A stretch of DNA of 64,000 nt from positions 4,288,001-4,352,000 of the forward strand of contig OY762069.1 in NCBI GenBank assembly GCA_963665095.1, given 5' to 3'. The notes below the pieces were generated by a model, which ran no database searches, was not told where the DNA came from, and saw only the letters and a program-made list of their open reading frames with translations. Shown here one piece after another: positions 47,697 to 58,070 of this stretch. This stretch comes from an uncultured Desulfobacter sp. (GTDB taxonomy: Bacteria; Desulfobacterota; Desulfobacteria; Desulfobacterales; Desulfobacteraceae). Numbering within the stretch: position 1 is the stretch's first letter; each line of letters begins with the position of its first letter. The translations under genes and the position numbers were made by a program.

Positions 47697-48845
47697 CTAT
47701 GAAATTGTACTGTTCCCATTGCTAAGCATCCCTTGATAAACATCAAGGTATCTTTTTGCAACATTATCAAAATCAAAACGGTAGGCAAGTTTAGGGGCTG
47801 CGCGTGCAAAAACAGTTCGCAGATTATTATCTTTTAATAATTTTATAATAGCATCTTGTAATTCATTTTCACTGTGTCCTGCCAGCACAACTCCAGCCGT
47901 CCCTTCAAGTCCAAGCGAAGGAACAACCCCAACGGGAGTTGTAACCACGGGTAGCCCACAGGCTAAAGCCTCGATTATTACGTTCCCGAATGCTTCAAAG
48001 TGTGATGGAAGAACCAATACATCGGCTGCCTGCATAAGTTTAGAAACATCTTTTTGCAAACCGAGTGGCAAAATGCTATGGCAATTTTTTGCAGCCGTCC
48101 TGACCGCTTTGTCCATGTCTCCAGTTCCTGCGACAACTAATGTCACATTGGGAATTGATGAATGAATAAAGGGCCAAATATTAAGAAGATTCTTTATGCC
48201 TTTGGATTCAACGACCCTTCCTACAAATAATACGATTAGTTTACCATTGAGCCCGAAATATTGCATGACTTTATCCTTTTGAAAATTTTCAAGAGGGTAA
48301 AATCTACGCAAATCAACCCCGTTTATAACCTTTATCAACTGGTCACCCCGAAAACCGCATCGAAGAGACTCTTTAACGATATTATCGTTAAGTACAGCAA
48401 GCTTGTTAACATTTAAAAGTAGGGGCATCAGTAAGTACCGAAAACCGCTTTGATAAATTTTTTGAATTTCCCCTTTAGGCCCACCAACACTTGGTTTCAT
48501 AATCATAGGGATGCCAAACAACTGAGATATCATCAACGCACCAAGCCCCGTTGCCGACAAAGTATGGCTATGAATTACATCATACTCTGCTGCATGTGCG
48601 TATAAATAGTTAGCGGCTGCAAAAAATTGAGAGACACTTTGCACCCGCCCCCCAAAAGTACGAACACGAGTAACTGAAATGCCATCAACTTGATCATGTA
48701 AGGGCATATGCGCTTCATGTCGGGTACTAAGGACATGGACTTCTATCCCAAGCTTCATCAAAGATTTGGATAATTCTAAAGCTTGAAGTTCAGCACCAGC
48801 GAAATGATATGGTGGGAATCTTTGACAAATCATCAAAATTCTCAT
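47697..48845 (-). CDS. Glycosyltransferase family 4
   Basis: MRILMICQRFPP...GAELQA, NGVD, FVGR...KG, EAFGNVIIEALACG. Start at ATG 48845 is likely; ORF open to 48938. Confidence 0.9.
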   Translation of the reverse strand: MRILMICQRFPPYHFAGAELQALELSKSLMKLGIEVHVLSTRHEAHMPLHDQVDGISVTRVRTFGGRVQSVSQFFAAANYLYAHAAEYDVIHSHTLSATGLGALMISQLFGIPMIMKPSVGGPKGEIQKIYQSGFRYLLMPLLLNVNKLAVLNDNIVKESLRCGFRGDQLIKVINGVDLRRFYPLENFQKDKVMQYFGLNGKLIVLFVGRVVESKGIKNLLNIWPFIHSSIPNVTLVVAGTGDMDKAVRTAAKNCHSILPLGLQKDVSKLMQAADVLVLPSHFEAFGNVIIEALACGLPVVTTPVGVVPSLGLEGTAGVVLAGHSENELQDAIIKLLKDNNLRTVFARAAPKLAYRFDFDNVAKRYLDVYQGMLSNGNSTIS

Positions 48846-49071
48846 AGTTGGTGAATTGATAGCCTTTAACTTTTTTCTATGTCTTAATACTTGGCGTACT
48901 TTTGTAAAAAAATTAGTTTTTAGCATAAAAATCACCATTTCTGCACAATAATCACAACTTTTTAATCCATCATTTTAGAATAGCGTCAGAAAAGTCACAT
49001 TATTTAATAATTTATGTGATAAATAATAGAGATGTTCTCATTTTATTCTCTCAGCAATGAAACAACATGAA

Positions 49072-50190
49072 TTAAAAAAAATTCTCGACACATGTTACCA
49101 AATAATTCCATGAAAACTTCTCATTGGCTTTAGCGATGTTTTTCTGCATGCATTCAACATCGGTTTCAGTAAAATAGTGATTTACACTTTGGGCAATCTG
49201 GGTGCAGTTTGATGGCTCTACAAGGAATCCGGTTTTTCCATGTTCGATCACCTCGGGCAGGCAGCCGACGCTGGTTGCAATAACAGGCTTATTAAATGCA
49301 AATGCCGTCTGGATAACCCCGCTGCCAGTTGCCGAAACATAGGGCTGAATCACCAGATCTGCAGAACTGAAATAGCTCCCCACCGCTTCATTGGGAACAT
49401 ATTCATCCACAATCACAATGTGCTGCTCAAGCCCAAGAGCTTTAATCATGGATATATATTCCGCTTTGTCCTTCCAGAACTCTCCGACAATCATCAGGGT
49501 AGCATCATTATGCTTGATGATCTCGGGCATGGCCTGAATTAAATACTTCAATCCCTTGTATGGTCTTACAAAACCAAAAAAAAGAAGAATTTTTCCTGTG
49601 ATCTTGTATTTGGACCGTACTGCCTGGGGGGTGCAATTAGCCATGTTAAACACATCATAGGTTGGATGAAAGGTCTTTTGGACCCTGGCTCCGGGAAGGA
49701 TGTGCAGTAAATTATTCAGATCCTCATCAGAGTGAACAATAAATCCGGTACCTCGTTTAAGAACAATTCCGGTCAAAAGCTTGTCCAGGGCTTTGGATTC
49801 ATGTTCCACAACATTGTGGCATAAAAAGATGAGCCTGGCGTTTGAGAAACGCTTAATTATAAAACTGATGGTCCAGAACTGGGGCGTCCAGAACGAAACC
49901 CACCACGGAATGATGACAAGATCGGGCTTGTGTTTTACAATTTTGAGGGCAGACCGAATCCAGGTGGCCGGGTTCATGGAATCCAAAATCTTGTGCACCC
50001 CCGGTTCGGAAATATGAGAAGTACTGGGGTCAATATCGGTTTTTCCCGGAAAGAGCCACTTGGGATATTGCCTTGAAAAAGCAATGAACAATGTATCATG
50101 CTGTTTGCGCAAGTGTCTGTACAACAGCGTTGTATAGTGAGAGATCCCCCCCCGAAACGGGTGGGTAGGACCGATCAGACAAATTTTCAT
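49072..50190 (-). CDS. Glycosyltransferase family 4
   Basis: GPTHPFRGGISHY, FFGFVRPYKGL, PYVSATGSGV. Confidence 0.92.
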   Translation of the reverse strand: MKICLIGPTHPFRGGISHYTTLLYRHLRKQHDTLFIAFSRQYPKWLFPGKTDIDPSTSHISEPGVHKILDSMNPATWIRSALKIVKHKPDLVIIPWWVSFWTPQFWTISFIIKRFSNARLIFLCHNVVEHESKALDKLLTGIVLKRGTGFIVHSDEDLNNLLHILPGARVQKTFHPTYDVFNMANCTPQAVRSKYKITGKILLFFGFVRPYKGLKYLIQAMPEIIKHNDATLMIVGEFWKDKAEYISMIKALGLEQHIVIVDEYVPNEAVGSYFSSADLVIQPYVSATGSGVIQTAFAFNKPVIATSVGCLPEVIEHGKTGFLVEPSNCTQIAQSVNHYFTETDVECMQKNIAKANEKFSWNYLVTCVENFF

Positions 50191-51149
50191 TTGCCCTTTT
50201 CCCTGTTATCAGCATTAAGTTCAAGCATTTTTACCCTGAGCAGTGTCTCTTCAATCAGCTTCCGGTTAAAGCCGATAACGTCCGCGACAAGCCCGATCAT
50301 TAGAACCTGAAAACCAGTGATGAACATAATCGCAGCAAAAATTAACGACTGGATATGTCCTGCACCAGCCCCTGCCAGAAAATAGTAAATAAACCTTATA
50401 GAGGGAATTAAGCCTAATAAAATCATCAGACTTCCGACATAAAAGAACACCCTTAAAGGCTGGTACATGGTATACATCCGGACGATTGTTGTTATCTGAT
50501 TTTTGACGAATTGAGGAATGCTTTTAAACAGGCGGGAGTCCCTGGTTTTGGCATTTGTACCTATAGGCACTGAGTCCACAGCTAAATGCTTTTTACCTGC
50601 CTGGATCACGGTTTCAATTGTATAGGAAAATGGAGAGACGATATTCATCTGCATAGCTGCAGACCGCTCAAAAGCCCTGAACCCGCTGACTACGTCCGGA
50701 ACCGTTGTCTCAGAAAGGACTCTGACAATAAAACTGCCGATTTTCTGCATTTTTTTTTTTGATTTACTGAAATGTGGAATCTTATCAGTCTGCCGGTCAC
50801 CAATCACAATTTCAGCTTTCCCGGCCAGAATGGGCTGAATTAATTTGGAGATATCCTCACCTCTATACTGGTTATCTCCGTCTGTATTAACGATAATATC
50901 GGCCCCAAGCCTGAGACAGGCATCAATTCCGGCCTGGAATGTTCGTGCAAGGCCTTTGTTTTTGCTGTTTCTGACAATATGATTCACTCCGATTCTTTTG
51001 GCGACTTCAACAGTTTTATCGGTTGATCCGTCATCAATAATAAGCACCTCTACCTCATCAATGCCCTCAATTTGTTTGGGAATATCAGCAAAGGTCTGGG
51101 GAAGTGTCTCTTCTTCATTATAGCAAGGGATCTGTACAATCAGTTTCAT
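50187..51149 (-). CDS. Glycosyltransferase family 2 (polyprenol-phosphate GT-like, two C-terminal TMs)
   Basis: IPCYNEE, IDDGSTD, NTDGDNQY, DVVSGFRA. Confidence 0.92.
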   Translation of the reverse strand: MKLIVQIPCYNEEETLPQTFADIPKQIEGIDEVEVLIIDDGSTDKTVEVAKRIGVNHIVRNSKNKGLARTFQAGIDACLRLGADIIVNTDGDNQYRGEDISKLIQPILAGKAEIVIGDRQTDKIPHFSKSKKKMQKIGSFIVRVLSETTVPDVVSGFRAFERSAAMQMNIVSPFSYTIETVIQAGKKHLAVDSVPIGTNAKTRDSRLFKSIPQFVKNQITTIVRMYTMYQPLRVFFYVGSLMILLGLIPSIRFIYYFLAGAGAGHIQSLIFAAIMFITGFQVLMIGLVADVIGFNRKLIEETLLRVKMLELNADNREKGK

Positions 51150-51895
51150 TTTATGGAATCCTTGTTTTTACGCTGGAAGATTGATTGGGCGCTATTCTTC
51201 ACAAGGCTTGCCGCATACCTCATTTGAAATTTTAAGTCAGACTCCTTTTTGGTAATGCCCTCTCTTCTTATATGAGTATAGTCTTCCGGTGTTATTTCAA
51301 TCCTTAGATAATCATTAATGATATGGATGACATCCCGGGACTTTAGCTGGGCATAATCAATATGCAAAAAGGGAATATTATTTTCGCTTAAATACCTGTC
51401 AACAGCCAGATTTTCCAGATGATAGGTCTGGACAACATCTTTCAGGGTAAAATTTATGTGGTGTTTGGCATGGCTGCGAAATACAAGATATGGATCCCTT
51501 GTTATTTTGATGAATGATATATCATCCTTTGTTAAAAACTGATCCCAGAAATGAATAGTATAACACAGTCTTGGATCTTTCCATAGCCAAGGGGATTTTC
51601 CCCCGCAATGCTTTACAAAATCAGCACACTCATTGTGCAGATTATCATTATTGACAGCTTTGATCCGGTTGATATCTGCAAATTCAGACTTTACAATATG
51701 TGGATGATTGTACCCGGCTGCATGCAGGATCTTTTTATTTAACGCTTTTAATTCCGGGTTTTCATAGTCTCCGTCCGGATAACTGTTCCGCGATTGAATG
51801 GACTGTTGTTCAATGTAATATCTTCTGTATGATATGAGTCCTGACAAAAATGATGATCCTGTCCGGCCTGCGCCAAGAATAATTACGTTTTTCAT
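51146..51895 (-). CDS. Sulfotransferase-fold protein
   Basis: ILGAGRTGSSFL PAPS-loop-like motif, YEN, WKDPRL, ITRDP. Confidence 0.75.
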   Translation of the reverse strand: MKNVIILGAGRTGSSFLSGLISYRRYYIEQQSIQSRNSYPDGDYENPELKALNKKILHAAGYNHPHIVKSEFADINRIKAVNNDNLHNECADFVKHCGGKSPWLWKDPRLCYTIHFWDQFLTKDDISFIKITRDPYLVFRSHAKHHINFTLKDVVQTYHLENLAVDRYLSENNIPFLHIDYAQLKSRDVIHIINDYLRIEITPEDYTHIRREGITKKESDLKFQMRYAASLVKNSAQSIFQRKNKDSIK

Positions 51896-51909
51896 TGTAA
51901 CCTAAACTC

Positions 51910-53388
51910 TCATGATATTTGAAATTTAATTTTCCCCTTGCTCAGCCTGACCTCTTTCCAGACAAAAAGATAAAAAACAATGAAGTATTCAAGACCTACC
52001 AGAGGTGCAAACCACAAATTGTCTCCAAGATTCTTATTTATCAGGTACAATGCCGATAATAAAAAAACAGGCTTGATGATTACGTTATAGTAATAACGTG
52101 TCTTCTCAATCTCAAGTTTTGTCAATGCATACCAAGGTGTGATGACAAGGCTTGTAATGATAAAAACAAATATAGAACTCACAGCAATCCCGTAAAAATC
52201 GAACATACGTAGGAAAATCAAGCTTGTAACCAACTTCAATACAGCTTCGGCAATACCTAAATATCCAAAAAATTTATTTTCCCCAATACCAATCAATACA
52301 TGAATAAGTATGCTCTGGCTCATAAACAGAATCTGAGAGAATAAAAGCAGCATCAAAATCTGCCAGGAGACATCATAACCGGGTCCCATCCACAACTCGA
52401 TAACCAGTCTGCCAAAAACCCCCATGAAAAGCAAAAAACCAAGCAGGAAGCTGATGGTGTATTTTGGCAGAAGCATACCCATTTTCTGAAGGCTTTCCAT
52501 CTCATTTTGTGCGTGCAGTTTGCTGGCAAAAGGCAGGATTGTTCCCCGGACCCCCTTTGGTATCATCTTGGCATATCTGCATAACGATTCACCAATGGAG
52601 TATAAAGTTACAACACGCATGTCAAAAAAAATCCCGACCAGAATCAGATCGGTCTTTTCCAGCAACCGCATTGATACCATTCTGATAAAATTGTAGAGGG
52701 TAAACATATAACTGCTTTTAATTGATTTCAAATCAAGGTTTTTAAATGAAATTTTAAAAAACGGTGCTATTTTCAATACGATAAATACATAAACCAGATT
52801 CCTTAACGCATCAATCCCCAGAACAAAAAGACCCGCGCCAATAATTCCATAGTTCATCTTCAAAACAACAATGATTCCTATGGATTTGATAATTGAAAAT
52901 ACAGTCAGGATTGCATTTCTTAAAACGAATTTTCGGTAGCAAAGGACAACGGACCGAAACGTATTGCAGACAAGTTCTATACCAAAATTTACCGCAGTAA
53001 TTATAAAAAGAATCTTTGTCTCAGAAACCTGATCCGACGGGATATTAAAAATAACTTCCAGTTTCCAAACCAGGCATGAAACGATAATCATCAGCAGACA
53101 GAAAACACACAAATAAAGAAAAAAAGCTGCTGTAATGATAGCGTTGGCTAAAGAAAAATCTTTCTGCTCTATGTATTGTGTAAAAAATTTCTGAATTGAT
53201 GAACTTATGCCAAAATCAAGCATCCCGTAATAAGCCGTAAATGACATTGCAAGAGACCAGATACCGTATCTTATATCTCCAAAACTGCTGACAATAATCG
53301 GTGTTGCAAAAAACGCGATAATATAGGCGAAAAAAGAGCCTGCCCAATTAGCAGCCGTTGCAATGCCAATCTCTTTTTTTAAGCTCAT
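51910..53388 (-). CDS. Wzx-type oligosaccharide flippase
   Basis: YGIWSL...LDFGI, LWMGPGY; ~14 TM. Confidence 0.87.
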   Translation of the reverse strand: MSLKKEIGIATAANWAGSFFAYIIAFFATPIIVSSFGDIRYGIWSLAMSFTAYYGMLDFGISSSIQKFFTQYIEQKDFSLANAIITAAFFLYLCVFCLLMIIVSCLVWKLEVIFNIPSDQVSETKILFIITAVNFGIELVCNTFRSVVLCYRKFVLRNAILTVFSIIKSIGIIVVLKMNYGIIGAGLFVLGIDALRNLVYVFIVLKIAPFFKISFKNLDLKSIKSSYMFTLYNFIRMVSMRLLEKTDLILVGIFFDMRVVTLYSIGESLCRYAKMIPKGVRGTILPFASKLHAQNEMESLQKMGMLLPKYTISFLLGFLLFMGVFGRLVIELWMGPGYDVSWQILMLLLFSQILFMSQSILIHVLIGIGENKFFGYLGIAEAVLKLVTSLIFLRMFDFYGIAVSSIFVFIITSLVITPWYALTKLEIEKTRYYYNVIIKPVFLLSALYLINKNLGDNLWFAPLVGLEYFIVFYLFVWKEVRLSKGKIKFQIS

Positions 53389-53399
53389 GATTCTATAAT

Positions 53400-54500
53400 T
53401 TAACTTTCAATAGAAGTGCGATACAGCTTTTCATAGTTATGAACCATGGATGAGATGCTGAACTGATGTTCCATCTTTTGCCTTGCCTTCATTCCGAACG
53501 CCCGTCTTTTAGCTTTGTCTTTTATCAGAATATCTAATTTTTCTGTTAACTGGGGGACAGCGCCCGAATCTATTATGAAGCCATTCTCCCCGTTATTAAT
53601 CAATCTGAAATTATCACCGACATCTGTGCCTATTACAGGTAAACCGCTGCTCATCGCCTCAAGAACCGTGTTGGACATCCCCTCGCTTAAAGACGGCAGA
53701 ACAAACACATCCATTTTCTTGTACATTTTTTCAATGTTGAACTGCTGCCCTGTAAATATCACCTGGTTTTCGATGCCAAGAGATTTTACCTGGTTTTTAA
53801 GCTCAGGCATGAGCGAGCCGTCTCCAACCAGCATTAATTTGATTTTTCTGTGATTGTTGAGAAGCTGATATGCAGCATCAATGAGAAGTTTCTGGTTTTT
53901 AACCGGTTCCATCCGTCCTACGGTTCCAATAACAACTTCGGTTTTCAAGCCATTTGATTGAAACTTGCCGGTATCCTGCAAGGGGCTAAATTTAGCTGTA
54001 TCAACGCCGTTGTCGATCACTTCTATTTTTGACTCAGGGAATCCGATTGTTTTTGCAAGGCGCGCTTTATGCTCCATGGATACTGACAATATCTGGTCTG
54101 CCAGGTAAAAAAACAGCTTCTGAATAATCCTTTGCTTTGGTTTGGCCTGGATGGTTCCATGCTCACCGTGAATTCTAACAGGCACACCTGCAACCATTGA
54201 AGGCAAAAACCCTTCAAGCAAGGTGCCCCATGAATGGGTATGCACGATGTCCGGCTGCCAATCTCTTATTACCCTGTAAACCTCAAAGGGGATACGGATG
54301 TCATTGCCATTACGCTTGGCTAACTCGAAAACAGTGACATCCTCATGCAGCCTTGGTACAAGCAGGCCCTCTTTTTGAAAGGTGCAAATGGATATATCAA
54401 AGGCCTTCTTATCAATGCCGTTTGCAATATTGACAACACCGTTCTCCGCACCACCGGGATTTAGCTGGTGGATCAAATGCATGACCCTGATCTTTTTCAT
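53400..54500 (-). CDS. Glycosyltransferase family 4 (PEP-CTERM-associated type)
   Basis: GGAENGVVN, HGEHG, NGVDT, VGRMEPVKNQ, SEGMSNTVLEAM. Confidence 0.93.
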   Translation of the reverse strand: MKKIRVMHLIHQLNPGGAENGVVNIANGIDKKAFDISICTFQKEGLLVPRLHEDVTVFELAKRNGNDIRIPFEVYRVIRDWQPDIVHTHSWGTLLEGFLPSMVAGVPVRIHGEHGTIQAKPKQRIIQKLFFYLADQILSVSMEHKARLAKTIGFPESKIEVIDNGVDTAKFSPLQDTGKFQSNGLKTEVVIGTVGRMEPVKNQKLLIDAAYQLLNNHRKIKLMLVGDGSLMPELKNQVKSLGIENQVIFTGQQFNIEKMYKKMDVFVLPSLSEGMSNTVLEAMSSGLPVIGTDVGDNFRLINNGENGFIIDSGAVPQLTEKLDILIKDKAKRRAFGMKARQKMEHQFSISSMVHNYEKLYRTSIES

Positions 54501-54506
54501 TGTTAG

Positions 54507-55832
54507 CTACCAGCAGACCCCGTCATACTGATCCGGCAGGCCGTCAAGATTTTTTTGGAGGCGGACCAGGTCTACTATTTTTTTGTCATTTCCCATGATG
54601 CTTAATGCGTTAACGAATTCCTCGGCTTTGTTACCTATGACCACCACATCGGCATGGGAAACAACCGATTCAAGATTGTCAGTCATAAGGGATGATATAT
54701 GCGGAATTTCCTTTTCAATATACTCCTTGTTTGCGCCAAACAGGCTGGCAAGGGAGACGTTTTTGTCGTAAACTTTGATATCAAATCCCTTACCTATCAA
54801 GGCTTCTGTCAGAATAACGATTGGAGATTCCCTTAAATCATCCGTACCGGCTTTAAAGCTAAGCCCTAAAATGCCAACCTTTTTTAATCCTGTTTTGACT
54901 ATCTGATTAATGACTCTGTTTATATGGATCATATTGGTTTTCATGATCGAATTAAGTACAGGCGCCTCAATATCCAGGTTTTTTGCTTTGTAAGTTATTG
55001 CCCGCAGATCCTTTGGCAGGCATGATCCGCCAAATGCAAAGCCAGGCTTGAGATAGTAGGGAGAAAGATTGAGTTTGGTATCCATGCAGAAAATATTCAT
55101 TACCTGGTGACTGTCAATGCCCATGGCCTTGCATATCACCCCGATCTCATTGGCAAAACTGACCTTTAGTGCATGGTAGGTATTATTGGCATACTTTACC
55201 ATTTCAGCCGTTTTGATATCTGTCCTGACAATGGGCGCATCAAGAAACGCATACATTTTTTCAAGAAGATCCCCAGTCCTCTCATCTATTTGTCCAATTA
55301 CTGTCACCGGAGGATTATAAAAATCTTCAATGGATGTGCTTTCCCTTAAAAATTCAGGGTTCATGGCCACGCCAAAATCAAGAGCTGCCTTTTTGCCGGA
55401 AACAGCTTCGATCTCTTTTACAATTACATCTTCCACAGATCCTGGAAGCATGGTGCTTCGAGCCACAACAACATGATAATCTGTTTTTGATTTCAGACTG
55501 TTCCCAATATCTGCGGCACACCTTTTTACATAATCAAGGCGCAAACTGCCATTTTCATTGCTGGGCGTTCCAACACAAATCAAAGAAATCTCAGTGTCCA
55601 TGACTGCTGTTTGCACATCTGCCGTGGCATAAAGAGATCCACCGGTTTTTGATCCAACAACCTCTTTAAGCAGTTGATCCAGTCCCTTTTCAATAATGGG
55701 ACTTTTGGCCGCATTTATTATATCAACCTTATTGTGACTGATATCAACTCCGACAACGTAATGGCCCTGTTTTGCAAGACAAGCCGCAGATACACAGCCA
55801 ACATATCCTAACCCAAACACTGAAATTCTCAT
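54507..55832 (-). CDS. GDP-mannose/UDP-glucose 6-dehydrogenase (AlgD-like)
   Basis: FGLGYVG, CVGTPS, NPEFLRE, KVSFANE, FGGSCLPKD, FKAGTDDLRESP. Confidence 0.93.
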   Translation of the reverse strand: MRISVFGLGYVGCVSAACLAKQGHYVVGVDISHNKVDIINAAKSPIIEKGLDQLLKEVVGSKTGGSLYATADVQTAVMDTEISLICVGTPSNENGSLRLDYVKRCAADIGNSLKSKTDYHVVVARSTMLPGSVEDVIVKEIEAVSGKKAALDFGVAMNPEFLRESTSIEDFYNPPVTVIGQIDERTGDLLEKMYAFLDAPIVRTDIKTAEMVKYANNTYHALKVSFANEIGVICKAMGIDSHQVMNIFCMDTKLNLSPYYLKPGFAFGGSCLPKDLRAITYKAKNLDIEAPVLNSIMKTNMIHINRVINQIVKTGLKKVGILGLSFKAGTDDLRESPIVILTEALIGKGFDIKVYDKNVSLASLFGANKEYIEKEIPHISSLMTDNLESVVSHADVVVIGNKAEEFVNALSIMGNDKKIVDLVRLQKNLDGLPDQYDGVCW

Positions 55833-55865
55833 TTATTTCTCCATCTTTTGAATTTCAAAAAATAT

Positions 55866-56858
55866 TTATTCGAAGCATACCTGATACATTATTTCAGACA
55901 GGGCTTTGGTCACACGGATCCTTTTTAATGTAAAAGGGTCACTTAAGGTATTTGCGGTTCCGTTATTTGAGGTTGTTGCCGTATGAAATCCCGCCTTTTT
56001 TACCATCCCAATGATTTCGTCATTGTAATAATCATACTTTCCCCCGTTGGGATAAGAGAAATGATGGGTTGGCTTACCTGTTGCTTCAAAGATCCTGGTC
56101 TTGCACGTCTCAATTTCCCTAAAAGCGTCAATAGGGGAGGCATTGGGAAGGTTCAAATGGGTGGCGGTATGTCCGCCAATTGTCATCCCGTTATCAGACA
56201 TTTCCTTTACCTGCTCCCAGGAAAGCATGACTTGCGATGATTTTTCACTAAAATCATGCACATCTGTTGTCTGCAAACGAATTTGATGCCTGATCTCCTC
56301 CCTTAAGGCAAGATCATTGGACTTAATCAGTGCTATGACTGTTCTTGTTGCCTTCTGCTTTTCGTCTGCGCCAGACAAAGAAATCAGCATTTCTTTACCC
56401 TTTGTGTTTAAAACGATTTTTGAAGCATTGGTCTGGGTGAGCAGATAAATAACCTCAAATAGCCACAAAGGCTCCTGGTTTCCTATACATGCAGTGGCTA
56501 TATAAAAGGTGCCAGTGGCATTATATTTTTTTAATATCCTGTATGCCTGGTAGTTATCCTGGTACCCGTCATCAAAGGTGAACACGACCGCTCTTTCAGG
56601 GAATTTTTCATGATTATCCAGACATTTTTTAACCATATCCAGTGATATGATATTAAAATGTTTTGCAAAATATTGAACATGGGACTCAAATATTTTAGGA
56701 TCCAGGCCTATATTGGGCTGGCAATAATAATTCTTTTCAGGTTCAATTATGGAATGGTATCGTAAAATAGCCAGGGTTTTCCCATTTCTGAACTTGACCC
56801 CTAACTTTAACAAGCCCGCCCTTTGAAGCGCATTTTTTATTACTTTTGAATATCTCAT
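55866..56858 (-). CDS. Polysaccharide deacetylase (CE4)
   Basis: LRYH, TFDDGY, GGHTATH, FSYPNG. Confidence 0.92.
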   Translation of the reverse strand: MRYSKVIKNALQRAGLLKLGVKFRNGKTLAILRYHSIIEPEKNYYCQPNIGLDPKIFESHVQYFAKHFNIISLDMVKKCLDNHEKFPERAVVFTFDDGYQDNYQAYRILKKYNATGTFYIATACIGNQEPLWLFEVIYLLTQTNASKIVLNTKGKEMLISLSGADEKQKATRTVIALIKSNDLALREEIRHQIRLQTTDVHDFSEKSSQVMLSWEQVKEMSDNGMTIGGHTATHLNLPNASPIDAFREIETCKTRIFEATGKPTHHFSYPNGGKYDYYNDEIIGMVKKAGFHTATTSNNGTANTLSDPFTLKRIRVTKALSEIMYQVCFE

Positions 56859-56864
56859 AACTGT

Positions 56865-58070
56865 CTAATCAACCGTTTTCATACAAATATCGGAAAAAAT
56901 ATTTGCGACAACCGGCCATCCGAAGTTAGCTTCGACATAGATTCTGGCATTTTTCCCTAAAGATTCCCGCGTCTGTGCCTCATTGAACAGCTTTATAATC
57001 TGTTTTGCAAAATCTTCCGCCGGGTCGGCAAGGATGAGATGCGTACCATTTTCAACAGGTAACCCTTCTGCCCCGACTACTGTTGAAACAATGGGTTTAC
57101 CCATGGCCATTGCCTCGTAAATTTTCATTCGGGTACCGCCGCCGATCCGTATCGGGACAATAAACACCTGGCCTTTTTCTATATAAGGCCTGGTATCATC
57201 CACCCATCCGGTAAGGGTCACTTCAGGTGTGTTGCCAACTATTTTTGATAAAGAGCCCGAAGGATTTCGGCCAATTACAGTTAACGTTATGTCCGGGACG
57301 CTCTTTTTTATCTCTGGCAAAATGTCATTGATAAAGAAAAATACCGCATCCTCATTGGGCAACCAGTCCATGGAGCCGCAGAATACCAAACTGGATTTAA
57401 TTTCCTTGCGGTCGGTACTAACATTGTAATAGTCTAAATCCACACCTGTGGGAATAGTACTGACATTGTCAGCGCCGTACAACTTCTGAAACAGCCGCTT
57501 ATCATCTTCGGATACAGCGATGACTGAATTAAATTTTTTGCAGGCCGCTTTTTCAAAAAACGACATTTTTTTCCACTGCAGCCACCAGAACATTCTGGCC
57601 AGGATTCCGCTGTTTTGTTCAACATGCCTTTTGGCAATCATGGCTTCAACATTATGCTGGAACAACAGGGTGGGCAGCTTGCTGACCTCTTTAAACAAAA
57701 GGGCGGACTGGACAAAATCGCAGATGGCAATATCGTAGCTATTTTTATCCAGTTCATCTTCCACCGCATTCTTTAACATAGTGGAATAATCATTGAGCGC
57801 GCTGACCGGGTATTTTGAAAACATCTGGAAAAACAACCGGATAAAAAACAGAGCCGATCCTTTCCGGATCTCTTTCCAGTTAACCGCTATAAATTTATTA
57901 CAAAACTGATCTACTTCTTTTATCCATTTATCATCTTTAGGTGACTCAACATTGGATATCAAAGTAATCTCATGTTTTTTTGACAAATGCCTAAGGATAT
58001 TTCCTGTTCTGATTTTTCCGCCCGTATCCATGGGCAACAAAAAACGTTGTGATAAAAATAGTATCTTCAA
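56865..58070 (-). CDS. Glycosyltransferase family 4 (PEP-CTERM-associated type)
   Basis: DTGGKIRT, FQHNVE, GSMDWLPN, GGGTRMKIYEAMAMG. Confidence 0.92.
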   Translation of the reverse strand: MKILFLSQRFLLPMDTGGKIRTGNILRHLSKKHEITLISNVESPKDDKWIKEVDQFCNKFIAVNWKEIRKGSALFFIRLFFQMFSKYPVSALNDYSTMLKNAVEDELDKNSYDIAICDFVQSALLFKEVSKLPTLLFQHNVEAMIAKRHVEQNSGILARMFWWLQWKKMSFFEKAACKKFNSVIAVSEDDKRLFQKLYGADNVSTIPTGVDLDYYNVSTDRKEIKSSLVFCGSMDWLPNEDAVFFFINDILPEIKKSVPDITLTVIGRNPSGSLSKIVGNTPEVTLTGWVDDTRPYIEKGQVFIVPIRIGGGTRMKIYEAMAMGKPIVSTVVGAEGLPVENGTHLILADPAEDFAKQIIKLFNEAQTRESLGKNARIYVEANFGWPVVANIFSDICMKTVD

